The notes beneath the pieces are model-generated. The model ran no database searches. It was not told the DNA's origin and worked only from the letters and a program-made list of their open reading frames with translations. The translations under genes were made by a program, and so were the position numbers. This document shows, in pieces, positions 37,128 through 46,573 of a DNA stretch of 64,000 nt (the stretch's first letter is position 1; each line of letters begins with the position of its first letter). This stretch comes from a virus (lineage: Duplodnaviria; Caudoviricetes), in the IMG/VR virus record IMGVR_UViG_3300005973_000002; one strand, given 5' to 3'.

Positions 37128-38012
37128 CTATTGAAGCTTCCAAACATAACCTTTGTATGATTTATTGTATTTTATTGCTAAACTAATTCCATTATATTGA
37201 CAATTGTTTTGTCGTGCGGCTTCGCTCATACTTGGCCAAACTTTGATCAGTTTGCCTGTTGGTTCAAACTGTTTAACAGGTTTAGCATTATTGTAACACA
37301 ATTTTCTATTTTCATTTAATTGTGCATGAGATGATAGCCTATCGTCGACAATATCTTTTGAATCAGGCCAGCGCCAATAAAATCCACCGACGGTTCGATG
37401 CGGATTTTGGTTGATGGAATAGGAAATATTGCGCCAACTTTTATATCCAATTCCAAGACCAGCTTGTCTGGTCGATGGCCAGTTTTTAATAACTTTACCT
37501 GTTTGAGGGCAAATTTGTAAAACTTCTTTCGAAGTTGCTTTTCCGCCTGGGTTGTACTTTCTAAGTTTTTCTTTATGTTCTTTTGTATGTTTGGTTGGAA
37601 TGATTTCCCCCGTTTCTAACTTTAGTTTACGAGTTTTTGATATTTTTTTCCTTGTTTCTTCGGGAGTTTGTGACCATGGACCTTCTTTTTGAATGACTTT
37701 TCTCTTGTGGTTCAAAAAATTTGAATCATCCCAAAATTTGTCAACATATTGTTGTTCGACAGTTCTTCTTTTCAGAGTTGTTCCTTCAATTGTTTCAATA
37801 ACTTCAAACAAAAATTCCTCTGGCTTATATTTGGACCATAAATGCAACAAATGCTTGTTATGATGTTTTCCTACATTTAATCTGCTTTGATGCTGTGAGG
37901 CTCTAACTTTGAAGCGCTTCGCACTTCCAATATAAAATTTGCTAGTTGTTAAATGTGTTATTTTATATATTCCACCTTTGTTAGCATCTCCTTTAAACTC
38001 TTTCTTCGTAAT
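37128..38012 (-). CDS. GIY-YIG homing endonuclease with NUMOD/HTH repeats; start codon out of frame
   Basis: frame open from ATT 38012: KGDANKGGIYKI..FYIGSA; nearest ATG (38016) is shifted by 1 nt. Confidence 0.85.
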   Translation of the reverse strand: MTKKEFKGDANKGGIYKITHLTTSKFYIGSAKRFKVRASQHQSRLNVGKHHNKHLLHLWSKYKPEEFLFEVIETIEGTTLKRRTVEQQYVDKFWDDSNFLNHKRKVIQKEGPWSQTPEETRKKISKTRKLKLETGEIIPTKHTKEHKEKLRKYNPGGKATSKEVLQICPQTGKVIKNWPSTRQAGLGIGYKSWRNISYSINQNPHRTVGGFYWRWPDSKDIVDDRLSSHAQLNENRKLCYNNAKPVKQFEPTGKLIKVWPSMSEAARQNNCQYNGISLAIKYNKSYKGYVWKLQ

Positions 38013-38133
38013 TCATCCTTGTTTTAGAGAAAATATTTTTATCTTCTCGATTGCAAGAATAATATTGTAAAGGTTACCAGTTTTCTCTTCAAACATCGAT
38101 AACTATGTGATAACGTTAGAAACATAGGTAAAA

Positions 38134-38766
38134 ATGACCAAAACTAAATACCAGCTCTTTGTGGACATGGATGGAGTCCTTGTAGATTACATGGGTGGCG
38201 TTTTGCCGACCATGAATGAATTTGTTGCAGAGGTCGCAGCAGCTCCGAATCGCTTTAAGACAGAAAAACCAGACCTTTATAAGGCTGCAAAGAAAGCAAT
38301 TGCCGAAATGGGTGGTAATGTTGATGAAGGCTACGTTGGTACTGAAATAAAATACCACGATGTCGGCAAGGGAACGGAAAAGAAAAAGGTTCGTTCTTTG
38401 ATGTACACCCTTGTTTCTAACAACTACCAGTGGTGGGTTAATCTTGATTGGATGCCAGATGGCCGTGAACTATGGAATCACATCAAAAGACATAATCCAA
38501 TTATTCTTACAGGACCCCAAGGTCCCAATTCCAAAAAGGGTAAGAAAGATTGGGTAAATCGTGAGCTTGGTCTGGGGAAAGATCGAATTATTATCACGCA
38601 TACAAAGCATGAAGAAGTTCGCCCAATGCTTAAAAAAGGAATTATGCCAGTTTTGATCGACGATCTACCCAAATACGTCGTTCCCTTTAGAAATGCGGGT
38701 GGTATTTGCATTCATCACATCAACACCGAGCAAACAATTCGAGAACTGGAAGCGTTTGGATTTTAG
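38134..38766 (+). CDS. second HAD 5'(3')-deoxyribonucleotidase (no leader)
   Basis: FVDMDGVLVD, ILTG, KKDW, LIDD...F..AGG motifs. Confidence 0.9.
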   Translation: MTKTKYQLFVDMDGVLVDYMGGVLPTMNEFVAEVAAAPNRFKTEKPDLYKAAKKAIAEMGGNVDEGYVGTEIKYHDVGKGTEKKKVRSLMYTLVSNNYQWWVNLDWMPDGRELWNHIKRHNPIILTGPQGPNSKKGKKDWVNRELGLGKDRIIITHTKHEEVRPMLKKGIMPVLIDDLPKYVVPFRNAGGICIHHINTEQTIRELEAFGF

Positions 38767-39507
38767 TTACTTCTTTTTCTTTCCGGTAAAGAGGTTACTA
38801 ACCCACTTATCGAGCCAGCCTTTCTTTTGAGGGGCTGGTTTTTTCTTATTAACCTTAGGCTTGTTAAGTTTTGGTTTCGGTTCCGGCTCCTGTTGTACTT
38901 CAGGAGTGGTAACTTTGAGCCTGTTTCTGCGTTCTTCGACCCATTCTTCAACATATGGCCCAGGACATGTAGCCTTGTTTTTTCTTGCACCCCATTGCTT
39001 AGCTTCGGCATGAAAACTTAGACCATCAGGCAAATTAAGTTCGTGACGATCAACAAGCCAGTCAGTCAAGGCTTCCGCCATCTTAAACTGTTCATCAGAT
39101 GGCTGCCCAGTTTTTCCAGGGTGTAAATTTCCCTGCCACACAACGCCGACACCTTCATCATTGCAACGCTGACCGGTGTGCCACGCTCTTTCATCATCCT
39201 GAGCTAGTCTGTAGATAATCATGTTGCCATCATCATCATACTCGGGCTTATAGGACAACCAATAATGATATGGTCTGGCACCAAAGTTTCTTTTTTGAAT
39301 AACGTAACGTATTGAATTTCTAGCTCCCTCGAAGCCATCAGCACCATAAGCTCCAGAGTTGTGAAAGAAAACTCTTACGATTTTAATTCCAATTGGTCTG
39401 CGGTTTGAACGTGGGTTTGTTGGCTTTGGTAAGATGTCACTGACATCATAAATTGCAATTTTTCCTGGCAAAACAACTTCAAGTCTTGCTTCTTTTGGTA
39501 AAGTCAT
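38767..39507 (-). CDS. N-acetylmuramoyl-L-alanine amidase (Amidase_2-type endolysin)
   Basis: FFHNSG, YHY, AWHTG..N..G.G, H.E, TCPG zinc ligands; AGGAGG SD. Confidence 0.88.
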   Translation of the reverse strand: MTLPKEARLEVVLPGKIAIYDVSDILPKPTNPRSNRRPIGIKIVRVFFHNSGAYGADGFEGARNSIRYVIQKRNFGARPYHYWLSYKPEYDDDGNMIIYRLAQDDERAWHTGQRCNDEGVGVVWQGNLHPGKTGQPSDEQFKMAEALTDWLVDRHELNLPDGLSFHAEAKQWGARKNKATCPGPYVEEWVEERRNRLKVTTPEVQQEPEPKPKLNKPKVNKKKPAPQKKGWLDKWVSNLFTGKKKK

Positions 39508-39530
39508 GTTTCCTCCTGATGTAAGTAGAA

Positions 39531-40409
39531 CTATATACCAAGCTGCTTCTTTATGTCCGCTTCAATGGCTTGAGCCGTCTTCCGACAAAGAACTTCATTC
39601 TCGCCATTCACTATTGCAATCCTATAAGTGTTCAAGTCATTATCTGCAAATGAAGAAAGTGGTTTGTTTTCTGCAATTGTATAGTGAACCTTGACTTCAT
39701 CAGTTGAATCAAAATTCAAATGCAAAGTTTTATCAGGCGAACATTGATCTTTGGCAACCCGTACTACAAAACTATATCCGGGGATGTTTTCGCTGGATTT
39801 ATTCCATGCCTTTTCGTCATACAATTTAATCATTGATGGTATGAAGTCATCACCATAAAAATCAACAAACTGTGTGGAGCATCTTAGATGAACTTCAATG
39901 ATTTTTGCTCCTATCGATTCTACATTGACAATACCGGTAAAATCATTCAAATGCTCTTGAATCCATTTGATTTCATTCTGGTGCAACCCTTTAGAAAAAT
40001 ACCAATGAGTAAAGCTACCATTTTTGTCTTTTTGGCCTGACATGGAATACGACCAAACCACCTCACCATCCAGTAACGCATAGTCAGTAGACGTGTGTCG
40101 CCCGTAAAATACTGGCATCCATAGATGCCCTGCTGTATATTCCCACTCATGACTAAACCAAACAACTTTCGCTCCAATGCTCATACCAAAGAGATTATAG
40201 ATCGGCTTGCTAAAAATAGGAAAATTGTTTGGCGTTATTCCATGAGGAAACGCTTCGTACCCCAGTTTTTGGTAAAGTTCAAGTTTATTGTATACCCAGC
40301 GATATTTTAAAAAAGTTTGATAAGCAGCAACATCGCCAGTTGGTATCAACGACTTAGGCGAATAATTTTCAAAAGATTTAGTAAAGTAGATGTCATCGTG
40401 AAGAAACAT
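39531..40409 (-). CDS. ATP-grasp-like hypothetical protein
   Basis: YNKL, PIFSKP..NL.GMS.GA, G.H.S.D, N.E......IEVHLR. Confidence 0.55.
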   Translation of the reverse strand: MFLHDDIYFTKSFENYSPKSLIPTGDVAAYQTFLKYRWVYNKLELYQKLGYEAFPHGITPNNFPIFSKPIYNLFGMSIGAKVVWFSHEWEYTAGHLWMPVFYGRHTSTDYALLDGEVVWSYSMSGQKDKNGSFTHWYFSKGLHQNEIKWIQEHLNDFTGIVNVESIGAKIIEVHLRCSTQFVDFYGDDFIPSMIKLYDEKAWNKSSENIPGYSFVVRVAKDQCSPDKTLHLNFDSTDEVKVHYTIAENKPLSSFADNDLNTYRIAIVNGENEVLCRKTAQAIEADIKKQLGI

Positions 40410-40428
40410 AATGTGGCAGCATTAAGTA

Positions 40429-41319
40429 TCAAATACTTGTCCAACCCTTATATTCTTCTTGCTTTCCTCTGGCTACTCTGCTCATTACTTGAGGAATAAG
40501 TTTAATTGAAGACTTCGCACAAAACTCTTGCATATTTGTGATAATAACTACTTCACCCTCTGGATTGCGAAGCTTATATGTCTTCTGTTTTAATTTTCGT
40601 AATCTATCTGAAGCTCGTTTTTTTCGTGCTTCATCTTTTGCCCAAGAACGCTTTCGACCTTCAATTACCTTTTCTCGGTACTCAGGATCTTGCCAAAGCT
40701 TCTTATTGAGCTTAGATACAGATTTAGAAATCTTCTTACGTGTTTCCTTTGAAACCTCTTTGCCTTGAGCAGCTTTAGACAGCTTTTTACGGTACTCAGG
40801 CTTCTGTGTAAAATTTCGGATGGCCTCAACATGTTTCTCTCGGTACTCAGCGTCTTGCCAAAGCTCTTTCGTCTTCTTCGATTGAAACTCACTTTGAAAC
40901 TTACGATATTCGGGGTCTTTCCACCTTTTTTTCATTGAAATTGACATCTTCTTTCGAGTTTCTTTTGGAGTTTTTGAACGACACGAACGTCCGTTTCGGT
41001 TTGTTTTTTTGTCTATGTTATAGCACTTTTGCTGACTGTCATAGTGTTTATTGATTAGTTGTTGTTCAACTAGAAGTCTTGCTTTTTGTTCGCCCAATAC
41101 AACTTTAACAACATGAAATTCAAATGAAGACTCACCACATTTATTAAAATCATGTTGTAGAAACCGATTGGAATGTCGATTTTCCTGCAAAGCTTTTAGA
41201 TGTTCGGTAGAACGTTGCTTGAATACTTTACAGGAACCAATGTAAATGCGACCATTGGATATGTTGATTATTTTGTAGACGCCTGATTTGTTTGAATGTC
41301 CGTTGTATACTCTTTTCAT
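40429..41319 (-). CDS. third GIY-YIG homing endonuclease with WxDPEYR repeats
   Basis: SGVYKI..IYIGS, repeated W.D.EYR.K and SKETRKKIS, C-terminal HTH. Confidence 0.92.
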   Translation of the reverse strand: MKRVYNGHSNKSGVYKIINISNGRIYIGSCKVFKQRSTEHLKALQENRHSNRFLQHDFNKCGESSFEFHVVKVVLGEQKARLLVEQQLINKHYDSQQKCYNIDKKTNRNGRSCRSKTPKETRKKMSISMKKRWKDPEYRKFQSEFQSKKTKELWQDAEYREKHVEAIRNFTQKPEYRKKLSKAAQGKEVSKETRKKISKSVSKLNKKLWQDPEYREKVIEGRKRSWAKDEARKKRASDRLRKLKQKTYKLRNPEGEVVIITNMQEFCAKSSIKLIPQVMSRVARGKQEEYKGWTSI

Positions 41320-41355
41320 ACTTTATATTTAGTATGAGAGGTAATATTTGTATAT

Positions 41356-41712
41356 TCACAACGGCCACGGTTTATTAGTCAATTGTTGAAACTGATTCTT
41401 GCTTATATTTCTTAGGCGTAGTTTATCAATTACGCTATCAACTGTTGCGCCTGGTCTATTTAACTCTTGCTGAAACTTTTTGGAACTAACAACAGCATCA
41501 ACTACTGCTTTCATTTGTTGTGGAGTTCCACGGACCTTTATGGGCAGTTTTTGTTTTCTACCAGCCTTACCTGAAATGAACGCCGCAGCACCAGCGAAAA
41601 AAATCTTACCAGCCCAGCTAAGTTTAAATTCTTTAATTGGCTGTTCATTTTCTTCGCCTTTTACTTTAATTGGCGCTTCAACAAGCATTTCTTTTTTGTT
41701 GGCGTCAGACAT
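41356..41712 (-). CDS. hypothetical protein (LVEA leader)
   Basis: 118-aa ORF, AAGGA SD. Confidence 0.7.
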   Translation of the reverse strand: MSDANKKEMLVEAPIKVKGEENEQPIKEFKLSWAGKIFFAGAAAFISGKAGRKQKLPIKVRGTPQQMKAVVDAVVSSKKFQQELNRPGATVDSVIDKLRLRNISKNQFQQLTNKPWPL

Positions 41713-41776
41713 ATTTGGTCCTTCTAAAAAATCTATTCTTGTGTAATTATCACCAGTCCGAACGAAACGCTAAATT

Positions 41777-44700
41777 ATGGGTATTGAAGAGACAAAACAG
41801 TTGAATGAGTTGTTGGAAACTCAAAAAAAGCTGTACAATGAGCAGAATGCTGCTATCAAAAGTCAATTAAGCATGATGCAGCAAATGGTTAGCGTTTTGC
41901 GCTCTTTAGATTTGGAAAGAGTTGGAAGAAATATCGAAGGTCTTAATTCTGCTGTCAACAGTGCTGCTGAGTCAGTTGAAAAACTCGGACAAGGTCAGCA
42001 AACAATGCAACAAATTAATAGAGTTGCAGAAGAAATGGATGATAGTCTTGAAAGGTTGGCAGCAGGAGCTGAAAATTTCGGACAAAAATTATTAAAACTT
42101 GCCCCGGTAGTAGCTACCCTTGAGGGATTAGGTGCTGGACTTACCTTTTCCATGAATGTCATGGGAGGGTTAATAACTGTTGGCCAAAGTTTGGTCGGCA
42201 CTATGTTTAATTTAGCGGCATCGATTATATCTGTGCCGTTTAAGATGCTCAATGGCCTGATGGAAATGGCTGCTCAAGGAGGAGGGTCGGAACTTCGTCA
42301 AGCTATCGAAGATGTACGTCAAGAATTCGGTGATTTATATCAAAACGAAGCTAAGGGCGTCATGCAGTCATGGAGGCAGCTTGATCATTTTGGCGGACAA
42401 TTAGCTGAAACTGGTCTTTCTATTTGGCGTACCATGGGCAACATGGCTGAATCGCTTAAGCGTGTTCATGAGATGGCTACGCAGCTTGGACCTATATTTT
42501 CTAGTGTAACGAACGAATTTATGGGTCCAAAAGCTGTTGAGCGACTGCATGCTTATCAGAAAGGTTTGGGACTAACAGAAGAAGGCTTCCGGGCGATGGG
42601 CGAAGAAGCCGTAAGGCGTGGTGTATCTGTTCAAGAAATGGGCAGGGAAATAACCTCTATTGCATTTGCCATGGGTGAATCCTTTGGTATTAACGGCAAA
42701 CTGATTGGCCGTGAGATTGGAAACATGATTGACGACTTTGAACACTTTGGCAATATTGGTGTTCAAGAGTTGGCTCAAGTTGCTGTATACGCTCGTAAGT
42801 TGGGTGTAGAAGTTGAAAAACTTACTGGTGTGCTTGATCAGTTTGCAGATTTTGATAAGGCAGCTGAGTCTGTAGCACAACTTTCTCAGGCATTTGGCAT
42901 TCAACTTGATACTCTAAAAATGGTTCAAGAACAGGATCCAGCAGCGAACATTGAACGTTTGAGAAAAGCATTCTTTGCAGCTGGTCGTTCTGTTGAACAA
43001 ATGACAAGACAGGAGCGTGCTTTGTTGGCGACGCACACTGGCCTTGATCAAAAGACTCTTTCTCTGGTTTTCTCAGCCGAAAAACAAGGAATGACCTATG
43101 AAGACATTCAAAAGGGTGGAGAGGATGCTCAAAAACAACAGCTTTCTCAAGCTGAAGCTATGGAAAAGCTGTCCAATTCTATCGAACGGCTAGTGAAGTC
43201 GGGACAAGCGATGAAGGGAGGCTTTTTTGATATCTTCCTCCAGGGATTTATGAGGGGAATCAAGTGGACCAGAGAATTCTGGGGACTCATGTGGAATCTT
43301 CGTAGGGCTATGAGAGAAACCAGATGGGCTGGCGTGCGTGTTGGTCAGATGTTCGTTGAATACTTCCCAGGGGTAAGAGATATCCTAAAGGGTATTGCTG
43401 AGTTGTTTGATCCAAGAAGATTTAGAAAAATGCTTGATGGAGTTACCAGTGCATTTAGAACTTTCTTCAAGGCAATGTCTAGTGACCCAAGAACCGCATT
43501 ACCTGAATTGCTTAACAAACTAAAAGAAAGTTTCTTTAACTGGTTTAATACCAGTGAACCAGCCGGGCGTCAGATTTTAGAAGGGTTTAAATCATTTTTT
43601 AAAGCTGTGGGCCAAATTTTTGCTGGGTTGCTTAGGGAGGCAATGAAGGGTGCCACAAAAGCATTTAGATTCATGATTGACTTCATTAAAAACCCTAGTC
43701 AAGTTATTGGAGGAGTTACTCAAGCAACCGATGGGTTTTTAGGCTTTTTGATGGAAGTGCTTGAGCCTGCCTGGGAAGCATTGAGAGACGAATGGCCAGC
43801 ACTTAAAGAAGCATTCCTTGAATTAATGAAAACAGCATGGCAAAAGATCAAGCCGCCTTTAATAGATTTTCTAAAAGAAAATATGATTTACATATTAGGC
43901 GTTGCATTCGGGCCTGCAATTATTACTGGAGGGTTGCGTGGACTATCTACTGTACTACTTGCTGGATTGGTAAAAGCGACTGGTAAAGCAACAGCATCAT
44001 TTGTGCAAAGAGGTCCAAGTCTCGTTAGGTCTGCATTTCAAAAATTAGCAAGAAGAGCACCTGCTGGAGATGTAGCAGCTGGTGGTCGATCCGCAGCAGC
44101 TCTTACCGGTGCAACAAAAGCAGCAGGAGATGCTGCGAATGCAGCACGCCAAACAAGGGTTAGTATGGGCGATGTAGGCAAGATGGCCTTAATAGCTCTT
44201 GTAATTACTGCTGGCTTAATTGCGATTGGCGTAGCCATGGTCGAACTGGCCGATACGATACAAGAAAGAGGCATTACAACTGAGAACATAAGAAACGCTG
44301 CTGTGGTTATGATTGCAACTGGTGCAATCATGCTTGAATTGGCCGGCACCATAGCAATACTGGCTGCTGTCGGTCAAGCAATTCAATCGCAAGTTCAAGG
44401 TGTATTAATTGGTGTTGCGGCAGTTGGGGTAGTGGGTGCTGCCATGGCTTTTGGGGCAATGGGTATGATTGAGTTGTTCAAAGGCTATAGTGAAGGCGAG
44501 GTTAATAATGCAGTTAAAATTATGGGAGCTACGGCAGCATTCTTTTTGGCAGCCATTGCAGTTACCTTTGGTGCTGGAGTAATAGGAGCAATAATTTCTG
44601 CAACCTCGGGAATAGCTGCGGCCGTTGTTTTGGCTGGACTTGCAGCTCTTGGCGCCATGATGATTGGCATGACCGAAACAATAAAGCAGGTTATTGACGT

Positions 44701-46381
44701 TGTCAAGTCTGTTAGGGTCACAACTTCAGACATGAGAAGCTTAAAGGCATTCACAATTGTTTTAAGTTCGATGGGTGAATTTGCCGGCAACATTGCTCAC
44801 ATCACCGAAGCCACATCACCTGGTTTTGTTGATTTAATAAGAGGCGGTGAACCGATGACCGAACGTTTGAAAGAAACTACCAATCTTGTTCAAAGTATGG
44901 GTAGCGAGTTGCGTTCAATGGTTAGAACGGTAGTTGAACAAGCAAACATACTTGGAGGGGGTGAAGAAGATCTACGCAAAGTAGAAGTTATTGCCGGGGT
45001 GCTGACAACAATAGGAAGTGTGGCAAGAAATCTTAGACCGCCTGAGGAAATCATGGATGTTGGCTGGATAGAGCAGTTTGGAGGTGAGGACGTTTCAAGT
45101 CGCATTAGAGAAATGACAAATTATGTCACCAGCGTAGTTCAATCACTGCACAATTCTGTTATTGACATTACAAGAGAATTTAGTCAAATTGCCCAGGCAG
45201 GTGGGTTTACAGCAGAATCACTGGATGCGGCAAAAGCAATTGGAGCTATTCTTCAGTCGGTTGGTCTTATTGGCCGAGCCATGACTGTTTATATTTCACG
45301 TGAATATGCAACAACTGATCCAGATACACTGAGACGACTAGCACCTCAATTAGGTGCAGTGGTTGAAAGCATGATGTCGGCTATTGTGGGCCAAGGTGGT
45401 CACAACATTTTTTCAAGAATGGCAGGGGTGATCAGATTCATTCTTGATGGAATGAGAGACGTTTCTCCAGCTGAAGCTCGACGTGTTGAGCAATTTACAC
45501 CAATGATTCAGTCAGCATTTACAGCTATCGCAGGTATATCAACATTGCTAGGCAATGTTGGTTTAGGCGCTGCTGTGCAAGGTGACCCTGAGAGAACCAA
45601 ACAAAATATTGATCAAATGATCAGAATGGCCAATACTGTAACATATGGGGTGGGTAATAACATTAAGGGAATTATAACATCCATAGTTGAAAACTTTAGT
45701 GGTCTTGACCGTGGACAAATTTCTAATGTGAAAAGTGGAATGGAAGCTGTTAAGTCGGTCCTTGAATCAATTAGTCAATTCACTGGCATTGCCGATTCTT
45801 TGAAAGGCTTAGGAGGAGGCGCTGCCGCAGGTCAAGAGATTTTAACTGGACGAGACGCATTATCTACTGCTTTTGGAGCAATAGTCACCTTGATATCAGG
45901 AGTAGGTGATAAGATGGGATTGGAAGGTTTTATCGATGGCATCCTTCCAGGGCTCAACAACATAGGAACAAAAATAGAGCCTTTGTCTGATGCGTTACCT
46001 GATTTTATAGAAGCAATGCGTCTAACAAAGGGAGCAATCACGGCTGTCGACAGAGTCTACAGTGGAGAAGTGTTCCAAAATGTAAGCCAAATTGATGAAG
46101 CCGTGTTGACCAAAACCAAAGATGCAGTCACTTCAATGGTTACCAACATTAATGAAATTGGTCAAGCTCTAAGGGGTGTTAGAGGATTCAATATTAATTC
46201 AGAGCTGCAAGCTGTAAACAATAGATTGAATCTAGGCTCCTCGGGTAGGCTTCAAATTGCCCATCAGCCAGTTCAATTCAATGTTAGCTGGAGAATTACT
46301 CTTGATTCTGAAGAACTTGAAAAGGCACTTGTGGAAAGACAAGGGAGTACGATTCAAACAAAACGTGATACTGTAACTTGA
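41777..46381 (+). CDS. tail tape measure protein
   Basis: 1534 aa, helical A/G/L-rich with hydrophobic segments, directly upstream of baseplate genes. Confidence 0.8.
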   Translation: MGIEETKQLNELLETQKKLYNEQNAAIKSQLSMMQQMVSVLRSLDLERVGRNIEGLNSAVNSAAESVEKLGQGQQTMQQINRVAEEMDDSLERLAAGAENFGQKLLKLAPVVATLEGLGAGLTFSMNVMGGLITVGQSLVGTMFNLAASIISVPFKMLNGLMEMAAQGGGSELRQAIEDVRQEFGDLYQNEAKGVMQSWRQLDHFGGQLAETGLSIWRTMGNMAESLKRVHEMATQLGPIFSSVTNEFMGPKAVERLHAYQKGLGLTEEGFRAMGEEAVRRGVSVQEMGREITSIAFAMGESFGINGKLIGREIGNMIDDFEHFGNIGVQELAQVAVYARKLGVEVEKLTGVLDQFADFDKAAESVAQLSQAFGIQLDTLKMVQEQDPAANIERLRKAFFAAGRSVEQMTRQERALLATHTGLDQKTLSLVFSAEKQGMTYEDIQKGGEDAQKQQLSQAEAMEKLSNSIERLVKSGQAMKGGFFDIFLQGFMRGIKWTREFWGLMWNLRRAMRETRWAGVRVGQMFVEYFPGVRDILKGIAELFDPRRFRKMLDGVTSAFRTFFKAMSSDPRTALPELLNKLKESFFNWFNTSEPAGRQILEGFKSFFKAVGQIFAGLLREAMKGATKAFRFMIDFIKNPSQVIGGVTQATDGFLGFLMEVLEPAWEALRDEWPALKEAFLELMKTAWQKIKPPLIDFLKENMIYILGVAFGPAIITGGLRGLSTVLLAGLVKATGKATASFVQRGPSLVRSAFQKLARRAPAGDVAAGGRSAAALTGATKAAGDAANAARQTRVSMGDVGKMALIALVITAGLIAIGVAMVELADTIQERGITTENIRNAAVVMIATGAIMLELAGTIAILAAVGQAIQSQVQGVLIGVAAVGVVGAAMAFGAMGMIELFKGYSEGEVNNAVKIMGATAAFFLAAIAVTFGAGVIGAIISATSGIAAAVVLAGLAALGAMMIGMTETIKQVIDVVKSVRVTTSDMRSLKAFTIVLSSMGEFAGNIAHITEATSPGFVDLIRGGEPMTERLKETTNLVQSMGSELRSMVRTVVEQANILGGGEEDLRKVEVIAGVLTTIGSVARNLRPPEEIMDVGWIEQFGGEDVSSRIREMTNYVTSVVQSLHNSVIDITREFSQIAQAGGFTAESLDAAKAIGAILQSVGLIGRAMTVYISREYATTDPDTLRRLAPQLGAVVESMMSAIVGQGGHNIFSRMAGVIRFILDGMRDVSPAEARRVEQFTPMIQSAFTAIAGISTLLGNVGLGAAVQGDPERTKQNIDQMIRMANTVTYGVGNNIKGIITSIVENFSGLDRGQISNVKSGMEAVKSVLESISQFTGIADSLKGLGGGAAAGQEILTGRDALSTAFGAIVTLISGVGDKMGLEGFIDGILPGLNNIGTKIEPLSDALPDFIEAMRLTKGAITAVDRVYSGEVFQNVSQIDEAVLTKTKDAVTSMVTNINEIGQALRGVRGFNINSELQAVNNRLNLGSSGRLQIAHQPVQFNVSWRITLDSEELEKALVERQGSTIQTKRDTVT

Positions 46382-46392
46382 TAGGAATATAA

Positions 46393-46560
46393 ATGACTGA
46401 AAAATTATTTGATAGACTTTTGAAAGACAAAGAATATAAGAAGCTTCTTGAGCAATTACCGGAGGATGAAAGAGTTGTAGTGATCAAATCTCTTAAAGAA
46501 ATTACAGAAAGATTTGAAAACGAAGTCTATGCTCCGCTTAAGAATTACTTGAGCAAGTAA
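46393..46560 (+). CDS. 55-aa hypothetical protein (not in ORF track)
   Basis: MTEKLFDRLLKDKEY...YLSK*, AGGA SD, fills the operon gap. Confidence 0.7.
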   Translation: MTEKLFDRLLKDKEYKKLLEQLPEDERVVVIKSLKEITERFENEVYAPLKNYLSK

Positions 46561-46573
46561 TTAACACCTAACC

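Noticed and set aside
41320-41355. Gene-start duplication flanking the third GIY-YIG gene
   Set aside because: No repeat or relic peptide found at either flank.
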